This document shows, piece by piece, positions 60,770 to 64,000 of a stretch of 64,000 nucleotides of DNA (position 1 is its first letter; each line of letters starts with the position of its first letter). Origin of the DNA: a bacterium (lineage in GTDB: Bacteria; Bacteroidota; Ignavibacteria; Kapaibacteriales; UBA2268); contig JAZDIP010000022.1 of NCBI GenBank assembly GCA_043804925.1, positions 148,931 to 212,930 of the forward strand. Direction: 5' to 3'. The position numbers were made by a program, and so were the translations under genes. The notes under the pieces are model-generated. The model ran no database searches, was not told where the DNA came from, and worked only from the letters and a program-made list of their open reading frames with translations.

Positions 60770-60996
60770 TAGGCATAAATTAGTTTTCTTTTGAGGACTT
60801 TTTGTTCTTTATAATCATTCTTTAATTGAGCCGATTGGGTATCGAGCAAAAGTTTTAATGCGTCCAATAAATTTTCTTTTAATTCTTCAATAGTCCTGCC
60901 TTGGGATATTGCCGCCGGGAATTCTTCAATTTGTCCTGCGTACCAGCCGCTTTCCTCGTCTTTTTGGATAAATATTGTCAATTTTGCATTTTTCAT
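60769..60996 (-). CDS. hicB: Short HicB-like antitoxin (75 aa)
   Basis: ESGWYAGQIEEFPAAISQGRTIEELKENLLDAL pattern. Likely start MKNAK at 60996 after AGGT. No C-terminal DNA-binding domain. Confidence 0.85.
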   Translation of the reverse strand: MKNAKLTIFIQKDEESGWYAGQIEEFPAAISQGRTIEELKENLLDALKLLLDTQSAQLKNDYKEQKVLKRKLIYA

Positions 60997-61067
60997 TTTT
61001 ACCTTAACCTTAATTAATCTTTTAATTATTAGTTGTGACGATTTACAATCACCGAAATTATTTTCAC

Positions 61068-61118
61068 TCAATCTTCTGCCAATTGCTTTACTGTAATTTC
61101 TTTTAGTTCGATTTTCAT
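61068..61118 (-). repeat. Copy C of the HNH gene 5' end (mini-ORF MKIELKEITVKQLAED*)
   Basis: 41/45 nt identical to 59609-59653 with all 4 changes synonymous. Confidence 0.92.
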
Positions 61119-61152
61119 ATAATATTTTCAATGATATTTTATTATATATTAA

Positions 61153-63000
61153 TTAATTTCCATCAACATTAAAATTACTTTTAATTAAATTTAAGAATGC
61201 CGAGTTTCTTAAATGCGCATCTTCTATAACTGCATTGATATCCCATATAAAAACTCCAATTGGTAGAACTTTTTTTGGTTCCAATGAAATGGCTACAGTT
61301 GTTTCTTTATAATACATTTTACCAGAAGAATATAGTTCAGTATATTCACCTGAAAGTTGCAATTCTACTTCTTCATTAAATTCAATAATCCCATAAAACC
61401 AAATTCTTTGAATTTGATTATTATAGTATTGCATTAATTTTCTTGCTCTTTTTTCAAGTTGAGTAATTACTTTCATATTTTCTTCTAAAGATATACCCTT
61501 TTTCTTTAATTCTACGATTACTACATCAAAAGGTTTTGAATTTTTAGGATTATTAGAAAAAATCAAAGCAATATCAATTCTGTCATCATCTCTTTTTACT
61601 TCATTCTCTGTTACAAATTTTAATACATCGGATAATTCTCTATCACTTAAAACAGTTTCATAAGTCATATATTTGTCATCAAGTAACCAAGAATTGTTTC
61701 TATAAATATCATTTATGAAATTCGATTTTTCAAATTTCCCTTCTTTTCGAGTAGGTACAAAAAGTTTATGTAGTTCAAATTCACTGTTGTTACCTGTAGT
61801 TTTCCTTAGTTTTTCAATAGTTAATTGTCTAAATAAAATGTATTCCGTCAAAGACCTTGAGGACATATCTAATGCTTTAATAAACTGTTCATCGGTTAAA
61901 CTGCTTGCATCAAGCAATTCTTTCTGATTTTTAAAAAATTCATTTTGAGCTTTTTGTATAATATCATCCCTTTTGATATAACCAATATTTTCTTTTTCAA
62001 AATATCCAATTAAATGAGGGTATGTTTTTGATAATTTTTTATTTGTATCAAGATTTCGTTCTTTTATTTTTGGAATTTCTTTTTCAATAATCGATGCAAC
62101 TTCTTTTCTGAAAAAGGCTTCGATATCCCTAAGTTCACTTTTTGAAATTGTTAAATCTTGCCTTTGCATATCAACTTTTCCAAGAAAATAATCTGAAAAT
62201 AAAAGAAATACCATTTCATAACCTACTGGAATATTTTCTTCAGCTATTAGATCGATTTTGAAAGTTCTATTGTCAACAGTTACTGCTGAAATAAATGATT
62301 GTGTAGTATTAACTTGAATAATTGAGTAATATAAAGTAAATGTATCAGTTAAATTAATAGTATTATTAATTTCTACGATTTTAAACTCAGGTATATCGGA
62401 ATTGTTTAAAATTTCTTCAGTTCTCTTGCTATCAATTTCTGTTATAATCTTTATTTGAAAATTATGACCGTCATTTTTTAAATGAAAAAGACGTGAATAA
62501 AATTCTTCTAAAATTCGTTTTTTTAAATAAGAGGCATGTATATATTCACTTTTTGCAATCCTATGTAATGTATAACCTTGCATTTTAAAAGTAGTACTTG
62601 ACTCACTTTCTGAAACAATTTTTTCATAAGAATTTGTTTCGTCGAAATTTTCATCAAATTTAAAAACACGATATTTATTTTTATTATAGAAACTTAGAAC
62701 TTCTATTTCATTAAAATAGCATAAATAAACTAATCTACCTAAGCCTTTATGAGTGCTTTCATCTACATCAAATAGAATAGAAAATTTTTTATATCTTTCA
62801 TCTGTAAAACCTTCTCCGTTATCTGAAATTTCAACATGTAAAGTTTCTGGGTGATTTAAGGCTTTAGCTGATATTGTAATAGTGATCTTATCAGCATCAG
62901 CATCAAGTGCATTAGCAATAGCCTCAATGTAAACCATCTCTAATGATGAATTACTAAAAAACATTTTAACAGCTTGATCTAGTTTTACTCTCATACTCAT
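61153..63000 (-). CDS. GHKL (HATPase/MORC-like) ATPase with C-terminal PD-(D/E)xK-like nuclease motif
   Basis: EAIANALDA (N box), ISDNGEGF (G1), KGLGR (G2), and C-terminal RIDIAL...VVIVELKK. Confidence 0.75.
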   Translation of the reverse strand: MSMRVKLDQAVKMFFSNSSLEMVYIEAIANALDADADKITITISAKALNHPETLHVEISDNGEGFTDERYKKFSILFDVDESTHKGLGRLVYLCYFNEIEVLSFYNKNKYRVFKFDENFDETNSYEKIVSESESSTTFKMQGYTLHRIAKSEYIHASYLKKRILEEFYSRLFHLKNDGHNFQIKIITEIDSKRTEEILNNSDIPEFKIVEINNTINLTDTFTLYYSIIQVNTTQSFISAVTVDNRTFKIDLIAEENIPVGYEMVFLLFSDYFLGKVDMQRQDLTISKSELRDIEAFFRKEVASIIEKEIPKIKERNLDTNKKLSKTYPHLIGYFEKENIGYIKRDDIIQKAQNEFFKNQKELLDASSLTDEQFIKALDMSSRSLTEYILFRQLTIEKLRKTTGNNSEFELHKLFVPTRKEGKFEKSNFINDIYRNNSWLLDDKYMTYETVLSDRELSDVLKFVTENEVKRDDDRIDIALIFSNNPKNSKPFDVVIVELKKKGISLEENMKVITQLEKRARKLMQYYNNQIQRIWFYGIIEFNEEVELQLSGEYTELYSSGKMYYKETTVAISLEPKKVLPIGVFIWDINAVIEDAHLRNSAFLNLIKSNFNVDGN

Positions 63001-63983
63001 AATCTCTTATTCCTTATAAATATTCTTCCATATAGTCTATTGCCATTTATATATCCACGACCTTTTTCAATATTTAAATCATATTCATTACCCAAAATCT
63101 CAAACTGTTCAGGATTAAATTTATCAAGGAAAGTAATTGGCACACCCATAGCACCTTTGTAATCCATAGGAATATCTTTGGTTTTGTCAACATTAATAGC
63201 ATCGTAGTTGTCGTACTTGGGATATTCTTCGGGAGTGTATTTCTTATATAGTGTTAAATCTTCGTGTCTTTCTTCATAATCTATATTTGTAAACCACCGA
63301 ACACCTTTAACTCTTATGTATTTTCTGCCATTTTCATCAATTCTGTGACCGGCGGCAGTTATAGGGTAATTATCAGGCACACCGAATTCCCTGTCACCAC
63401 TATGAATACTTGCTCCTAACCATAATTTATTTTCTTTAATTAGTTTGAAAATTTCCTTATAAGTTATTGCATTCTGATTGCCAATAATCACAAACTTTTT
63501 ATCATATTCGATTAATTGTGTAACATATTCCCTGAATAATGAGAAAGGTGGATTTGTAACTACTATGTCAACTTTTTTTAAAAGTTCGATACATTCCTGG
63601 CTACGGAAGTCGCCATTGCCTTCAAGGTGCTTTATACCAATTTCTTCCGGTTCGGGAACTTTGTCACCGTCTTTGTCGCCATTGTATTCAAGGTAAATTG
63701 CTTTCTCGGAATCGTTTTGACTGAACAATTCGGAATTTTGATTTTTATAGCAGGTTGTGATTAATTTTTTCAGTCCTAAGGATTCAAAATTATATGAGAA
63801 ATAATGAAAGAAATTGCTAATACGCGGGTCGTCGCAGTTGCAAAAAACGACTTTGTCTTTAAAGTGTTCTTTGTAATGCCAAAGTTCTTTTTCAATATCC
63901 GAGAGTTGAGTATAGAACTCATCTTTTTTTGCATTTTTTGCAGTATGCAAATTTTTATTTAAGGATTCTTTTTTCAATAGCAT
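62997..63983 (-). CDS. Adenine-specific DNA methyltransferase, EcoRI family
   Basis: KKDEFYTQLSDIE, KVVFCNCDDP, GDFRS.EC, VTNPPFSLF and MGVPITFLDK motifs. Confidence 0.93.
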   Translation of the reverse strand: MLLKKESLNKNLHTAKNAKKDEFYTQLSDIEKELWHYKEHFKDKVVFCNCDDPRISNFFHYFSYNFESLGLKKLITTCYKNQNSELFSQNDSEKAIYLEYNGDKDGDKVPEPEEIGIKHLEGNGDFRSQECIELLKKVDIVVTNPPFSLFREYVTQLIEYDKKFVIIGNQNAITYKEIFKLIKENKLWLGASIHSGDREFGVPDNYPITAAGHRIDENGRKYIRVKGVRWFTNIDYEERHEDLTLYKKYTPEEYPKYDNYDAINVDKTKDIPMDYKGAMGVPITFLDKFNPEQFEILGNEYDLNIEKGRGYINGNRLYGRIFIRNKRL

Positions 63984-64000
63984 AGCTCAAAATAAAGCAA

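Noticed and set aside
60997-61131. N-terminal extension of the hicB ORF in the track
   Set aside because: It crosses the HNH-start remnant out of frame. The RBS-preceded ATG at 60996 gives a typical short HicB.
62965-62994. ATPase N-terminus MRVKLDQAVK as a fourth copy of the HNH start
   Set aside because: About 70% identity with a gap and non-synonymous changes. More likely the native ATPase start.
233-63696. Numerous 60-160-aa ORFs overlapping longer genes on other frames or strands
   Set aside because: They are shadow ORFs of well-supported CDSs, with no independent RBS or motifs.
58571-63983. Integron cassette array (co-oriented short genes)
   Set aside because: By eye I found no RYYYAAC...GTTRRRY attC palindromes between the genes, spacers are too short, and no intI gene is in the window.
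63987-64000. TCAAAATAAAGCAA as an inverted copy of the 64-bp element (terminal inverted repeat of the island)
   Set aside because: Only 14 AT-rich nt are visible (12/14 match). Sequence beyond the window is needed.

Overview
AT-rich bacterial chromosomal segment. T9SS-type C-terminal sorting domains, TAnnTTTG promoter motifs and BlaI/M56-TonB genes point to an FCB-group organism such as Ignavibacteria/Kapabacteria (inference). The backbone carries carB (3' part), lptE, a thiolase, dnaE, folD, an RluA-family gene, pgsA, RNase P RNA (rnpB), a DHOD-like gene, rfbD and lysA. Accessory genes sit between them: TlpA paralogues, secreted and lipoprotein genes, an MNT-HEPN pair, a PadR-pentapeptide cassette and two AAA ATPases. 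A defence island occupies 58.6-64 kb: EcoRI-family methyltransferase, GHKL ATPase-nuclease, hicB-hicA, KilA-N and a DUF262-HNH nuclease. The most unusual signal is that accessory genes are repeatedly bounded by short orphan copies of neighbouring gene ends. The first 11-15 codons of the HNH gene occur three times and delimit the hicBA and KilA-N units. The carB 3' end occurs twice around the TlpA pair. In both cases the copies differ only at synonymous sites over the matching codons. An orphan 44-codon guaA 3' end borders two AT-rich lipoprotein genes. This suggests cassette gain anchored on gene termini, with no integrase or attC site visible in the window (inference). Also noted: a dif-like 28-bp site, a triple BlaI-type operator, a boxA plus GNRA-hairpin leader before a 5-kb secreted-protein gene, and a modular repeat mosaic after lysA. 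No CRISPR array, tRNA, rRNA, transposase or integrase was seen.
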